From the IMG/VR virus record IMGVR_UViG_3300002138_000056: a DNA stretch of 38,629 bases; one strand, 5' to 3'. The notes under the pieces are model-generated. The model saw nothing but the letters and a program-made list of their open reading frames with translations. It was not told where the DNA came from and searched no databases. The stretch is from a virus. This document shows positions 9,347 through 19,328 of this stretch, piece after piece. Every line of letters starts with the position of its first letter. The stretch's first letter is position 1. Position numbers and translations under genes: made by a program.

Positions 9347-9848
9347 GCTAGGAAAACAATACGACAAAGTAAGAGACCAATCAAAAATACGGACGCTCAA
9401 TATTAAATTGGGCGATGCTGCGTTTGATCTTAAAGTGCGGATTCCTTTAAAAAAAGAAATGGAAGAAATTTCTTTAAGAATAACGAGTCCATCTGAAGAA
9501 AAAATTGAAGCTATTTACCAAACTTTGGTGACACCTATTTTAGCGGTTGTTAAAGATAGTGCGGAAGGTTTTTTAGAAGCATTGAATTCCGATAAAGAAA
9601 CCATTGTTATAAAAGACAAAGATATAGAAGTAAATGGAACATCGGTCAAACAGGTAGCAACATATACTGCAATATGGGAAAGCAGAGTAGAAGAATATTT
9701 CCATTTGTTGCAATCTGAAACTGGCGATTTAATAACAGAATCATTTGAAGAAATATCGGCAGAATTTCCAGACATTGCAATTAAGGAGATATTGGAAGCA
9801 ATTGAAAGCGCGATAAAGCCAGACTACAAAACCGCAAAAAAAAACTAA
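9327..9848 (+). CDS. Tail assembly chaperone (G-like, zero-frame product)
   Basis: An acidic 173-aa ORF just upstream of the tape measure gene. It ends 4 nt after an in-phase A AAA AAA slippery heptamer. Confidence 0.7.
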   Translation: MSKLASKLGKQYDKVRDQSKIRTLNIKLGDAAFDLKVRIPLKKEMEEISLRITSPSEEKIEAIYQTLVTPILAVVKDSAEGFLEALNSDKETIVIKDKDIEVNGTSVKQVATYTAIWESRVEEYFHLLQSETGDLITESFEEISAEFPDIAIKEILEAIESAIKPDYKTAKKN

Positions 9849-10204
9849 GACGTTCATTGCGGGCGCAGGTAGCAGCTGCGATGGTGTTTAACGGACATAC
9901 ACAAGAATATATAGATTCAATAGACGAAGAATTATTTGCGGAGATTCAAGTCATGTACGCTGACGGTATGCTCGGAAACAAAGGCATCTTCGATGCTTTA
10001 GTGCCAGTGACTACCGCAGTCTTTAACTATATGCGCCCACAAAATGCGGCTGCGTATCGTTCAGATCAAATCTTTCCGTGTATCAACGAATACGCAAACA
10101 ATCCCGACTACGAACCAACGCCAAGCGAAATAGCAAGCAGTAACTTGATGGCGTATGTTACGCAAGCTCCTGGATTTAAAGTGGGGCGGTTCAATCATGG
10201 CTGA
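9327..10204 (+). CDS. Tail assembly chaperone frameshift fusion (GT-like, about 292 aa, -1 shift at 9836-9842)
   Basis: ORF 9857..10204 lies exactly in the -1 frame relative to 9327..9848 and begins only with TTG. This is the G/GT arrangement conserved upstream of tape measure genes. Confidence 0.65.
9836..9842 (+). promoter_or_regulatory. Programmed -1 ribosomal frameshift site (slippery heptamer A AAA AAA inside a 9-A run)
   Basis: Zero-frame codons are gcA AAA AAA AAC TAA. The -1 frame is open from the A-run (AAA AAA AAA CTA AGA CGT TCA TTG...) through to 10204. The downstream ORF has no ATG or GTG start of its own. Confidence 0.75.
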
Positions 10205-10727
10205 GTTTTCGCCGCAAAACAAAGGCGCTACCGGGACAACAGGGTTCGATGATCTGTTTAAACGGATGGAGAAACTTGCCGAAGAAATAGGCAAAGGCAA
10301 AACCGAATCCATCTGGAAGAAAGCTATGGGTTTTGCTATAGCTCCTGTCTATGAACAAGCAAGATCAAATGCTTCCGCGCATGTAGACACAGGGCAAATG
10401 CTCGATCATATTTATATGAAAGTGCATAGACCGCAAGCCAGAGACAAATCAAGCCTTTCCTATCGAGGCGAATTGTTTCTTGCGCGAGTTACACTAAATC
10501 CAAAACGCGACGATAGCCAAGCCAAAACAACATTAAGCAAAAGTGGTCGTTTTAGAACTGCATGGAAACATGCGCCGGTTGGTTTGGCGGTAGAATTTGG
10601 GACAGCAAATGTAGCGGCGCGACCGTTTCTGCGTCCAGCATTGGATACAAATATTAAAAATGTGCAAGATAGATTAGGTGTTTCGGTTTGGGCGGCTATT
10701 TCGAAAATAGCTGAGAAAAAAGGTTAA
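10197..10727 (+). CDS. HK97 gp10-family virion protein, in an atypical position
   Basis: It carries the family signature GLAVEFGTANVAARPFLRPAL. The most likely start is ATG 10197 (ATGGCTGA overlap with the T-frame stop). The ORF track's 10155 start would overlap more deeply. Confidence 0.65.
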   Translation: MAEFSPQNKGATGTTGFDDLFKRMEKLAEEIGKGKTESIWKKAMGFAIAPVYEQARSNASAHVDTGQMLDHIYMKVHRPQARDKSSLSYRGELFLARVTLNPKRDDSQAKTTLSKSGRFRTAWKHAPVGLAVEFGTANVAARPFLRPALDTNIKNVQDRLGVSVWAAISKIAEKKG

Positions 10728-10729
10728 TC

Positions 10730-13405
10730 ATGGCAGTTATTGGTTCGCTATCCGTAAAACTCGGATTAGTCACAGTAGAGTGGGATCAGGCGACAGCGAA
10801 AGCTAAAGCGCAAGCCAAAGACTTGCAGGGCGCGTTTAAAAACTTAACGTCTGAACTTTCAGTTTTAAGCCAGCATTTTAAAACGCTTGGCGGGATTACC
10901 TCTGTTGGGGCAATAGGCTTTACTGCTTTATTTGCTAGTACAGCAGCTTACGCAAATGAAGTAAAAGACCTAGCCGAAGGCTTTGATATAACCATATCGA
11001 AAGTATTGCAATTCCGCGACGCGCTGCAAACATCCGGCGGCAAAGCAGAAAGCGCAGCAAAGATGCTTTCTACTTTGTTTACAAAAATAGAAGAAGGCAA
11101 AAAAGGTAGCGAGCCGGTCATTGAAACATTCCGCAAACTCGGAATTAGCTTTGCAGAATTGCAAACAACAAAACCTGAAGATGCTTTGAACAAAGTATTT
11201 ATTGGGCTTAAAAATATAGGGTCTACAACAGAAAGAATAAAGTTATTGCGCGAGGTGATGGGTAAGGGCGGCGTTGGTCTTGGTGTTGCAGAATTATCGG
11301 ACAAAATAAATCAATCAACCGCTGCTTTCAAGAAACATGAAGATGGTCTAAAAAGATTTGGCGAGTTATCCGACAATTTAAAATCGTCAATGGATAATCT
11401 CAAGATTGCTTTTTCTGATTTGGTTAGTCCGTTTATCGGTGAAGGCAAAAGATCGGTAGAGCAATTTAAGATAGCGTTGTTAGCTATTGCAAGTGTTGCG
11501 GTCGTTACTCAATTAACAAAAATAGTTGGTCTGTTTATTGCATTAAATAAAGCGATGGGAACAGGCGCAAAAATAGCCGGTACGATGGCTGCGCTAAGTG
11601 GAGCAAAAGGCATTGCATTAGTAGGCGGCGCTGTTGCGGCTTATGCAATCCTAAATAAAATTCTACAAGACCCTGAAGAACGGATAGCCGAATTAGAATT
11701 AGAAAAACAACAGTTCGAAGGAAGAAGTACAGCAATTAGTGAAATTAGTAAAAGACAAATAGCTAAGATTAACAAAGAAATAGAATTACTTAAGACAAAA
11801 ATTCCAGACAGAGGACTTAATTTAACTCCTCCTGATACAACAAAAGAAGATGAAGAAGAAAAAGATGCAGCTAAAGCATCAAGAGATTCTGACGCTGCAC
11901 GAGCAAAGAATGCCGCTGCCGCTGCATTATTAAAAATAATGGAGAGAGAGAATCAATTAAAAATTGAAGGTTTAACGACAGATAAATGGGCGCTGGAGAT
12001 TAAAAAAGCGGATATAGAATTTGAAAAAGGAAAAGCAAAAATTCTTGCTGAATATGCAGCAGATCGAGTGGCGGCTAAAGATTCGGTAGAACTAGAAGCT
12101 GTTGCCGGAGAAAAAGCAGCAATTGCGTTAAGTACCGCTTATAAAAAATCGGAAGGCGCGAAAAAATTTGCAGCAGCAAGTAGAGATAAGGAAATTGAGG
12201 ATTTAAAACGGCAAACAAAATTGCAGGAAGAATTATTTGAGTTTGAAAAGAAAGCATTTGATCTTAGATTGTTGGCGGTGAGTACTGGTCAATATGAGAT
12301 TCAAGCCAAAACAATTTTGCTAGAAAAAGAAAAAGCAATTGCACAAGTTATAGCAGATAAAAATGAAAAGTTACGTCCCACAGGTCAATCAGCAGCGGCG
12401 ATAGCAGCAATAGAAGTAGATGCGCGTTCAAAAATAGCTCGAATTGAAATCGATGCTGCTGCTCGTGATGTATTAAGAATTGCAAACAAAGAAAAAGAAT
12501 TCCGCATCCTTGACGCACAAAGCATCACGTCCGCACGACTACATGAATTTGATTTAGCAAAAATAGCGTTAGAAGATAAGCGTATATATTTGACTGATCT
12601 TGAATACAAAAAACAAAATGAATTGCTAGAATTAAATAGAAGATTGTTGGAATTGGAACAGGAACGGCTTGCAGTAACAGACAGATACGGCGTAGGCGAA
12701 CGAGCCGACAAGGAACGCACTCGCATAGATGAAGCAATAAAGCGCGAAAAAGAATTATCAGCAGAGCGTAATATTTCACTAGAAAACGAAGCTACAAGAC
12801 AACGCAGTTTTGTAGAAGGATGGGATTATGCTTTCAGGCAGTATTCCGCAAATGCGTCCAATGCTTTTAAAGCGGGCGAAGAAGCGTTTACGTCTTTTAC
12901 AACCAATATGGACCGCGCATTAGACCAGTTTGTTACTACCGGAAAATTGTCGTTTAAGGATTTAGCCTCTAGCATAATTAAAGACTTAATCAGAATACAA
13001 ATGCGGGCGCAAATAACTTCAATGTTTAGCGGTTTGGGATCATTATTTGGTGGCGGAAACTCATCCCTTGCCGCTGATATTGGTTCTGCTGGTGGTGGCG
13101 CAAATTTTGCAGCAGTCGCTGCTGGAGGTTACATGGCAGACGGGGGGCCTGTAGCTGCAAATACGCCTTACATGGTAGGCGAGCGTGGTCCTGAATTGAT
13201 TATTCCAAAAGGCGCAGGAACAGTTATCCCCAATAATCAGCTTGCAGGAGCCATGGGAGGGCCTCAGATCACTTACAACGGTCCATACATAGCGAACATG
13301 CAAGCCATTGATACGCAGTCGGCTACGCAGTTCCTAGCGCGAAATAAGCTATCTGTTTACGCCGCCAATCAATCCGCTGCGCGGTCTTTGCCCACGAGTA
13401 GATAA
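10730..13405 (+). CDS. Tape measure protein
   Basis: 891 aa with long Ala/Lys/Glu-rich coiled-coil segments, internal hydrophobic Gly/Ala stretches and a C-terminal GERGPELIIPKGAGTVIPN motif. Its position after the chaperones fits. Confidence 0.9.
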   Translation: MAVIGSLSVKLGLVTVEWDQATAKAKAQAKDLQGAFKNLTSELSVLSQHFKTLGGITSVGAIGFTALFASTAAYANEVKDLAEGFDITISKVLQFRDALQTSGGKAESAAKMLSTLFTKIEEGKKGSEPVIETFRKLGISFAELQTTKPEDALNKVFIGLKNIGSTTERIKLLREVMGKGGVGLGVAELSDKINQSTAAFKKHEDGLKRFGELSDNLKSSMDNLKIAFSDLVSPFIGEGKRSVEQFKIALLAIASVAVVTQLTKIVGLFIALNKAMGTGAKIAGTMAALSGAKGIALVGGAVAAYAILNKILQDPEERIAELELEKQQFEGRSTAISEISKRQIAKINKEIELLKTKIPDRGLNLTPPDTTKEDEEEKDAAKASRDSDAARAKNAAAAALLKIMERENQLKIEGLTTDKWALEIKKADIEFEKGKAKILAEYAADRVAAKDSVELEAVAGEKAAIALSTAYKKSEGAKKFAAASRDKEIEDLKRQTKLQEELFEFEKKAFDLRLLAVSTGQYEIQAKTILLEKEKAIAQVIADKNEKLRPTGQSAAAIAAIEVDARSKIARIEIDAAARDVLRIANKEKEFRILDAQSITSARLHEFDLAKIALEDKRIYLTDLEYKKQNELLELNRRLLELEQERLAVTDRYGVGERADKERTRIDEAIKREKELSAERNISLENEATRQRSFVEGWDYAFRQYSANASNAFKAGEEAFTSFTTNMDRALDQFVTTGKLSFKDLASSIIKDLIRIQMRAQITSMFSGLGSLFGGGNSSLAADIGSAGGGANFAAVAAGGYMADGGPVAANTPYMVGERGPELIIPKGAGTVIPNNQLAGAMGGPQITYNGPYIANMQAIDTQSATQFLARNKLSVYAANQSAARSLPTSR

Positions 13406-14085
13406 TGAGCCTTAATCAAATACTAGCTATAGCGGAATCCGTCGGGATAAACGATCAAAGATTTATCGGGCAGGTTCTTAGCCGGAATCAAAGGATCAAT
13501 ACTTCAGAACAACTGACGGTAGTTCCTTTTGCTTTCACCATGAAGCCGATGAACTACCTTCGGTATTCTGAAAGCCGGTCTTTACTTAGTAGCTTGCGAG
13601 TGCCGGATAAAGCCTTAGAGCAATATCTTAACTTTAGCACTACTGGCTGGAGTAACTATATCGAGTATCAAGGCGATATGACTTCCGGACAGATTAGCGC
13701 CTGTGCCTGGCAGACTTCCTCCGCAAATAACAATTTGGTGCTAGGTTCACTACCCTCGATTTCCAGTTCCGCGTATATCGTTAAGATAGGAGATTTTTGT
13801 CAGGTTGGGCGTTATGCTTATATAGCCACGGCGAACGTACAGAGAGGCGGCGGCTCAACGGTTAATATTCCGGTTCACCGCAGCTTGCTAACTCCACTGG
13901 TAAGCCCCGTCAGTGCTGTTATTGGCGAGTTTGGCACGACTGTTTCTTTGGGTGGGTCGTCTTATATCGGCACTACGTTTTGCGTTATTCTTCGGAGTTA
14001 TCCGACCTATACATTGATTCCAATACAGAATGATTCGTTTATTCAATGGAGCGGGGATTTCGTAGCATTTGAGGCGGTGTTATGA
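13405..14085 (+). CDS. Minor tail protein (possible distal tail protein)
   Basis: 226 aa, TAATG-coupled to the tape measure gene. The call is positional. Confidence 0.45.
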   Translation: MSLNQILAIAESVGINDQRFIGQVLSRNQRINTSEQLTVVPFAFTMKPMNYLRYSESRSLLSSLRVPDKALEQYLNFSTTGWSNYIEYQGDMTSGQISACAWQTSSANNNLVLGSLPSISSSAYIVKIGDFCQVGRYAYIATANVQRGGGSTVNIPVHRSLLTPLVSPVSAVIGEFGTTVSLGGSSYIGTTFCVILRSYPTYTLIPIQNDSFIQWSGDFVAFEAVL

Positions 14086-14675
14086 ATGTAATTGCTCCAG
14101 TCGATGGAACAAATAATATCCGATACGCGGATTTTGTTCGTGTGACTACTGGCGACGCGGTATATAGATTTGCAACAACACCTAAGGCTTTAACAATTCC
14201 TGCGGTTGATGCTTTGCCTTTTGACGCTGTTGGGCAGTTGATGAAAGTCGGAAGCGCTCAACGAGATATTAAAAGCACAGCAAACGAAACTACGTTCACT
14301 TTAGTGGGCATAGATACCGCAATGCTTGGTTGGGTTCTTGGGCAAAATGTTAAAGGCGCGAAAATCGAAGCGTGGCATGGTTTCTTTGATACAGATGAAG
14401 TTTTAATTACAGATGGAGGCACCGGCGGGCTTTACCAATTCTTCAATGGTTTTATAAATTCATTTTCCATCAACGAAGAATGGATGGAAGAACTCAGGAC
14501 ATACGTCGGCATCATTACTGTTAGTGCATCATCCATCCAGTTAATACTTCAGAACAGAACTGCCGGGCGTTATACAAATGATAATTCGTGGCAATTTTTT
14601 AATAACGGCGACACCAGCATGAACAGAGTTCCGTTTATTTCAACTATTAACTATTACTTTGGCAAGACGCAATGA
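14082..14675 (+). CDS. Minor tail / tail-tip protein
   Basis: 197 aa, ATGA-coupled, lying between the distal-tail candidate and the J-like protein. Confidence 0.4.
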   Translation: MNVIAPVDGTNNIRYADFVRVTTGDAVYRFATTPKALTIPAVDALPFDAVGQLMKVGSAQRDIKSTANETTFTLVGIDTAMLGWVLGQNVKGAKIEAWHGFFDTDEVLITDGGTGGLYQFFNGFINSFSINEEWMEELRTYVGIITVSASSIQLILQNRTAGRYTNDNSWQFFNNGDTSMNRVPFISTINYYFGKTQ

Positions 14676-15106
14676 TTTATCGGGCAACAAAATTTCACAA
14701 ACCAATAATTATTGATTTGATGAAACAGTTTGCCGATGAGAGTCCGGTAGATTATTGCCATTCATACTCGGATATGGAATATGGTAATAAATTGCTAGAC
14801 GAAATCTTTGCTGGCCGAGGCGCTATATTTATGGCGGATAATTACGGAATACTTATGTCCATTATTCTTCCGTGTATTTGGTCGGATAGAATATTTGGGT
14901 TACATGAATTAGCTTGGTATGTAAAACCCGAAAATCGTGGCTCAAGGGCAGGATATAAATTATTAAAAGAATATAACGAATATGGAGAACTATTAAAAAC
15001 AATAGGGCGGATTAAGTATTACACCATGAGCAAATTGGTAACTAGCCCAGATGTAGATTATTCCAAATTTGGTTATCGTAAACAAGACGAAATTTGGGTC
15101 AAATAA
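14672..15106 (+). CDS. GNAT-like acetyltransferase-fold protein embedded in the tail module
   Basis: 144 aa. ELAWYVKPENRGSRAGYKLLKEY resembles GNAT motif A (V-x-P-E-x-RG-x-x-x-G-x-x-LL), and the C-terminal SKFGYRK resembles the GNAT beta-strand. It is ATGA/TAATG-coupled on both sides to tail genes. Confidence 0.45.
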   Translation: MIYRATKFHKPIIIDLMKQFADESPVDYCHSYSDMEYGNKLLDEIFAGRGAIFMADNYGILMSIILPCIWSDRIFGLHELAWYVKPENRGSRAGYKLLKEYNEYGELLKTIGRIKYYTMSKLVTSPDVDYSKFGYRKQDEIWVK

Positions 15107-18100
15107 TGAAATATATTGTTTCGTTTTTATTATTGTTTAGTTTTGCTCCTCCAGCGTTTGCTGTTGGCATGATGATTGCCGTTGGAATTGGGTTGACTGG
15201 TCTAGCCGCTACAGCAGTAGCGTTTGCAATCAACATGGTTGTATCTGCAATCATATCAAAAGCATTTGCAAGCTCACAACAATCCGCAAATGAACTATCC
15301 GGAAGTTCACCTAACCCCGGTAACAGAACTCAAATAGCGCCAGCGACAGATAACAAACTTCCAGTTATCTATGGTTCAGCATGGGTTGGTGGAATAATTA
15401 CTGACTTGAGTATTACGGCAGACAATCAGACGTTGTACTACGTTATGTCGCTTTCTGAGGTAACTTCGTACGGCTCTGACACTATTACTTTTGGAGATAT
15501 TTATTACGGCGGCAAGAAAGTAGTTTTTAACGCTACCAACCAATACAGCGTTGATTCCTTGCTTGATGAGTCGACTGGAGAAAGCCAGATCATCAACGGA
15601 AACATAAAAATTTATAAATATAGTAACGGAAGCAACAGTCAGGTCAATTCAAGCAGTTCAGCAATTGCTGTAATGAATGGCGCTGGTCTCGTCTATACTT
15701 GGGATGGCAATAAATTAATGACGGACTGCGCTTTCGCCATTATTGTTTTAACTTACAATCAAGATCAAAACATTACTGGCCTTGAGCAAACTAGATTCCA
15801 GTTAACGAATAGCCGCCACAAGCCAGGAGAATGTTTTTACGACTATCTGACAAACACGGTATACGGTGGCGCCATTCCTGTGTTGCAGATTGATACAGCC
15901 AGTTTGGATGAGCTGGATGCTTATTGCAACGAGTCATTTACCTACATTACGTACGAAGGCTCGTCTGCTACACAAACACGGTTTCGTTTTGACGGGCTTT
16001 TAGACCCAACGCGCAGCATCATGGCGAACATGCAGGACATGGCTTCCTGCTGCGATTGCTTAATTAAATACAACGAAATTATGGGAACGTGGGGAGTCAT
16101 TACCCAAAAGCCTACCTACACGATTGCAATGGCGCTAGATGATAGCAACATGGTTTCTGCTATCAGCATTTCTCCCCTTGATATTGCATCAAGTTACAAC
16201 GTCATCGAGTGCAAGTTTCCAGATAATTCCAACCAAGACGCTTTCAATTCTTCTACTTTTGATCTTGCTCAAATTGATCCTGCTTTGCTCTTTGCTAATG
16301 AGCCGGTAAACAAACAGTCAGTTAGCCTTCCATTAGTTAATGATTCCGTCAGGGCGCAATATCTTGCTAACCGAATGTTGAAGTCCGGACGCGAGGATTT
16401 GCAGGTGCAAGTTAATACAAATTTTTCTGGTATTCAATTAGAAGCAGGCGATATTGTTACGATAACCAGCACAAATTACGGATGGGATGCTAAAGAATTC
16501 AGGATCAACAAAGTAATACAAGAATTTGCTGATGATGCTTCCGTCACAGTTAAATTAACCGTTTCAGAGTTCAATGCTGAAGTTTACGACGATGTAAGCG
16601 TTACGCAGTTTACGCCAGCACCAAACACCGGTATAGCTTCGCCGGTAGTGTTTGGATCGGTTCCTGCTCCGGTTGTAGCGGCTCAATATCCTACTGCTGA
16701 AATACCTAGTTTTGTGTTGGCATTGACTGCAAGTTATGTAGGAATTATTCAATACGCCGAAGTCTGGTATTCAGCATTTGCAAACCCTACTACTGAGCAA
16801 TTATTGTTTGCAGGTACTACGGCGATTCAATCAAACGGAAATCCGTACACACCAAATGCACCACTTCCATCTGTATTGTTGAGCGACATTCCTTCGGGAA
16901 ATTGGTATTTCTTTTCTCGCATGGTAAATAGTCTTGGTGCTTCTCATTATTCCCCTGCAAGCGCAGTATTTAATTGGCGACCACGGACATTTCAATACAC
17001 TGAACGGTATTTGTCAGTGGCTTACGCTGATAGTCTTACCGGAACAGGATTTGATCTAGACCCGCGAAACCACGACTACTACGGGCTATACAATCAAGCC
17101 AGCGAAACGCCTAGCCAGACCGCTTCTGACTATACGTGGTATCTTGCTGACCCAACTTTTGGGACTACCATCTATTTATGTTATGCAAACCGGACAACGC
17201 GCAGATTTAGTTTTGCTACTGGCTTTGCGGCTTACGCTGCTGGCACTGGTGCTTTCGTACCGACTCAAGCCACTATATTTGATCCAACGATTTTTGCTGC
17301 GTTACCCGATGGCACTAATTCTATCGACCTAGATTATGCAACAGGCCAGTTACTTTCTACCGGAACTACAACCGTAGGCACCGGAGAGATTTTGGTAACA
17401 AATAATTCTAGCGGTCAGATTATCGCGTCTCTTAAGCAATTCCTAGATTTTGGAAACGGCATTCCTACTAAAACATCAAGCGTGGCAACTCTTACAATTG
17501 ATATTTATGGCCGTGTAGTTGGGTTTGAAGCCCCTGATGATTTTTACATTACTATACAATCATTCACCGCGACTGCTAGTCAAACCGTGTTTAGTGTGAC
17601 ACGAGGAACTGGCTACATAACCGACCAATGCTTTGTATTTGAAAACGGTTGTCTGCTGGATGAATCCGAATATACAGACGCTTCCGCAACCGTAACCCTC
17701 GCCGTTGGCGCGACGGTTAATAATATAATTACCGTAGTTTCGTTCCGTAGCTACAACGGCACCAGCGGTTATTATGCTTCGTTTACGCGCACTACGGCAG
17801 CATTAACAAATAGCAGTTCTTACCTACCTTCACCCGTTATTCCTAGCGGATACGAATTGCTATTCATTAATGGAACGGCTTTAAATGAACAAGATTACGA
17901 TATTGTTAGCAATACAATTACTAATTTCCCGTCTATAGTGACAGGAACATTAACCATGATTAAATGGACTGCTAACAATCTTGGAGTTCCAAACGGAAGT
18001 CCGGTAAACATTGTAGCTAACACCGTTATTGGGCAAACTATTTATTCATTTAGTTATGAGGTTGATGCTTTTAACCTTTACCAAAACGGCGTATTGTTAA

Positions 18101-18213
18101 AGCAAGGAACAGATTACACTACAGCAACCGGGACGTATACTTTAAGTAATTCGCCAACAACAATTACTAATATTCTTCAACAGCAAACATTTGCTAGAAC
18201 AGGTGCCGCATGA
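15106..18213 (+). CDS. Central tail fibre / host-specificity protein (lambda J / GTA gp15-like) with a hydrophobic N-terminus
   Basis: About 1035 aa from ATG 15106 (the track's TTG 15094 is in the same frame). A hydrophobic Gly/Ala-rich N-terminus is followed by NKLPVIYGSAWVGGIITDL, which resembles the conserved start of J-like tip proteins. It is the largest protein after the tape measure. Confidence 0.65.
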   Translation: MKYIVSFLLLFSFAPPAFAVGMMIAVGIGLTGLAATAVAFAINMVVSAIISKAFASSQQSANELSGSSPNPGNRTQIAPATDNKLPVIYGSAWVGGIITDLSITADNQTLYYVMSLSEVTSYGSDTITFGDIYYGGKKVVFNATNQYSVDSLLDESTGESQIINGNIKIYKYSNGSNSQVNSSSSAIAVMNGAGLVYTWDGNKLMTDCAFAIIVLTYNQDQNITGLEQTRFQLTNSRHKPGECFYDYLTNTVYGGAIPVLQIDTASLDELDAYCNESFTYITYEGSSATQTRFRFDGLLDPTRSIMANMQDMASCCDCLIKYNEIMGTWGVITQKPTYTIAMALDDSNMVSAISISPLDIASSYNVIECKFPDNSNQDAFNSSTFDLAQIDPALLFANEPVNKQSVSLPLVNDSVRAQYLANRMLKSGREDLQVQVNTNFSGIQLEAGDIVTITSTNYGWDAKEFRINKVIQEFADDASVTVKLTVSEFNAEVYDDVSVTQFTPAPNTGIASPVVFGSVPAPVVAAQYPTAEIPSFVLALTASYVGIIQYAEVWYSAFANPTTEQLLFAGTTAIQSNGNPYTPNAPLPSVLLSDIPSGNWYFFSRMVNSLGASHYSPASAVFNWRPRTFQYTERYLSVAYADSLTGTGFDLDPRNHDYYGLYNQASETPSQTASDYTWYLADPTFGTTIYLCYANRTTRRFSFATGFAAYAAGTGAFVPTQATIFDPTIFAALPDGTNSIDLDYATGQLLSTGTTTVGTGEILVTNNSSGQIIASLKQFLDFGNGIPTKTSSVATLTIDIYGRVVGFEAPDDFYITIQSFTATASQTVFSVTRGTGYITDQCFVFENGCLLDESEYTDASATVTLAVGATVNNIITVVSFRSYNGTSGYYASFTRTTAALTNSSSYLPSPVIPSGYELLFINGTALNEQDYDIVSNTITNFPSIVTGTLTMIKWTANNLGVPNGSPVNIVANTVIGQTIYSFSYEVDAFNLYQNGVLLKQGTDYTTATGTYTLSNSPTTITNILQQQTFARTGAA

Positions 18214-18776
18214 CCGTTGCCTTTAATCTTTCACAACTTGCCAACAATGTAAATTCCTCTGGACAATTATCCCTCGACACTGGGATAACAAGTACATTGC
18301 CTATTGCTAATGGCGGTACGGCAAGCACCACCGACTCTGGAGCAAGAACTAATCTATCTGCTGCCGGTTCTGGTGCTGTTGGTTCGTCCTCTATTACGAT
18401 GACAAGCGCAAGAATTTTAGGAAGAACAACCGCATCTACTGGTGCGATAGAAGAAATTACTGTTGGCAGCGGTTTGTCATTATCTGGCGGTGCGTTGACT
18501 TCTACAACTACTGTAGATACATCTGCTGTCTTATCGGCTTTGACTGGATTGACTGCGGGCGCAGTTGGAACATTTGCTTTTTTGCAAAATAGAAATGACA
18601 ACACAAGTTATAATTTTGGTGAAGTAGCGAATGGTTCTGATTTGTATCCAGCAGGAACCCCAGAGTCTTACCAAGCCTCTGCTAGATCGGGTACCTGGAG
18701 ATGTTTAGGATATTGTCCTGCACCTGGATATGATCCGAATACATATTATGCTAGTTTATTTATTAGAATAACTTAA
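18210..18776 (+). CDS. Short tail fibre / receptor-binding protein
   Basis: 188 aa, ATGA-coupled. It has the N-terminal fibre anchor motif LPIANGGTASTTDSGARTNL, then ARILGRTTASTGAIEEITVG, and a C-terminal GTWRCLG...LFIRIT motif seen in small fibre tips. Confidence 0.55.
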   Translation: MTVAFNLSQLANNVNSSGQLSLDTGITSTLPIANGGTASTTDSGARTNLSAAGSGAVGSSSITMTSARILGRTTASTGAIEEITVGSGLSLSGGALTSTTTVDTSAVLSALTGLTAGAVGTFAFLQNRNDNTSYNFGEVANGSDLYPAGTPESYQASARSGTWRCLGYCPAPGYDPNTYYASLFIRIT

Positions 18777-18842
18777 TACAAAATAAAACATGATTCGTGG
18801 TGCTGTCTGTGGATAGCCCATTAACCGAGAAGCGGAGAAGTC

Positions 18843-19328
18843 ATGGCAATATTTTCAAAAAATACACTTACACAAATAAGCGGATTTGATAATCCAATTA
18901 TTGCTGGCGAATTAGTATGGGAACAACAAACGTATTGGAATTTGACTTTTAAAAATGCTTCGACTGGCGATGCTTATGATTTAACAGGAGCGACATTAGA
19001 CGCTCAAATTCTTCGCCGCAATTTAAGCAATATTCGAGACACCCGCTACGGGCTTACTTTTGATATTGCAGACTTTGATCCTGAACCCGATCCAGTAAAC
19101 CTTACAATAACAAATGTTGTTGAGGAAAATGGCGCGTTTACGCTTGTAATCAACGATGCAGATTGGGAAGTTCTTTCCAGTTCGGTGCAGCTTGATATTA
19201 ATGCAGAAAATTGTGTAGGTTTTAGCGGCAGAATAAAAATAAGTATGCCGGAACAAGGCACAACTCCAGCGCAAGACTTAATTATATTTTTGTTGTTTTT
19301 AATGCGTTCTGATGGAGTAACTAACTAA
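18843..19328 (+). CDS. Hypothetical virion-associated protein (161 aa)
   Basis: RBS ggagaag. It lies between the two fibre genes and is TAATG-coupled to the giant fibre gene. No motif was recognised. Confidence 0.5.
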   Translation: MAIFSKNTLTQISGFDNPIIAGELVWEQQTYWNLTFKNASTGDAYDLTGATLDAQILRRNLSNIRDTRYGLTFDIADFDPEPDPVNLTITNVVEENGAFTLVINDADWEVLSSSVQLDINAENCVGFSGRIKISMPEQGTTPAQDLIIFLLFLMRSDGVTN

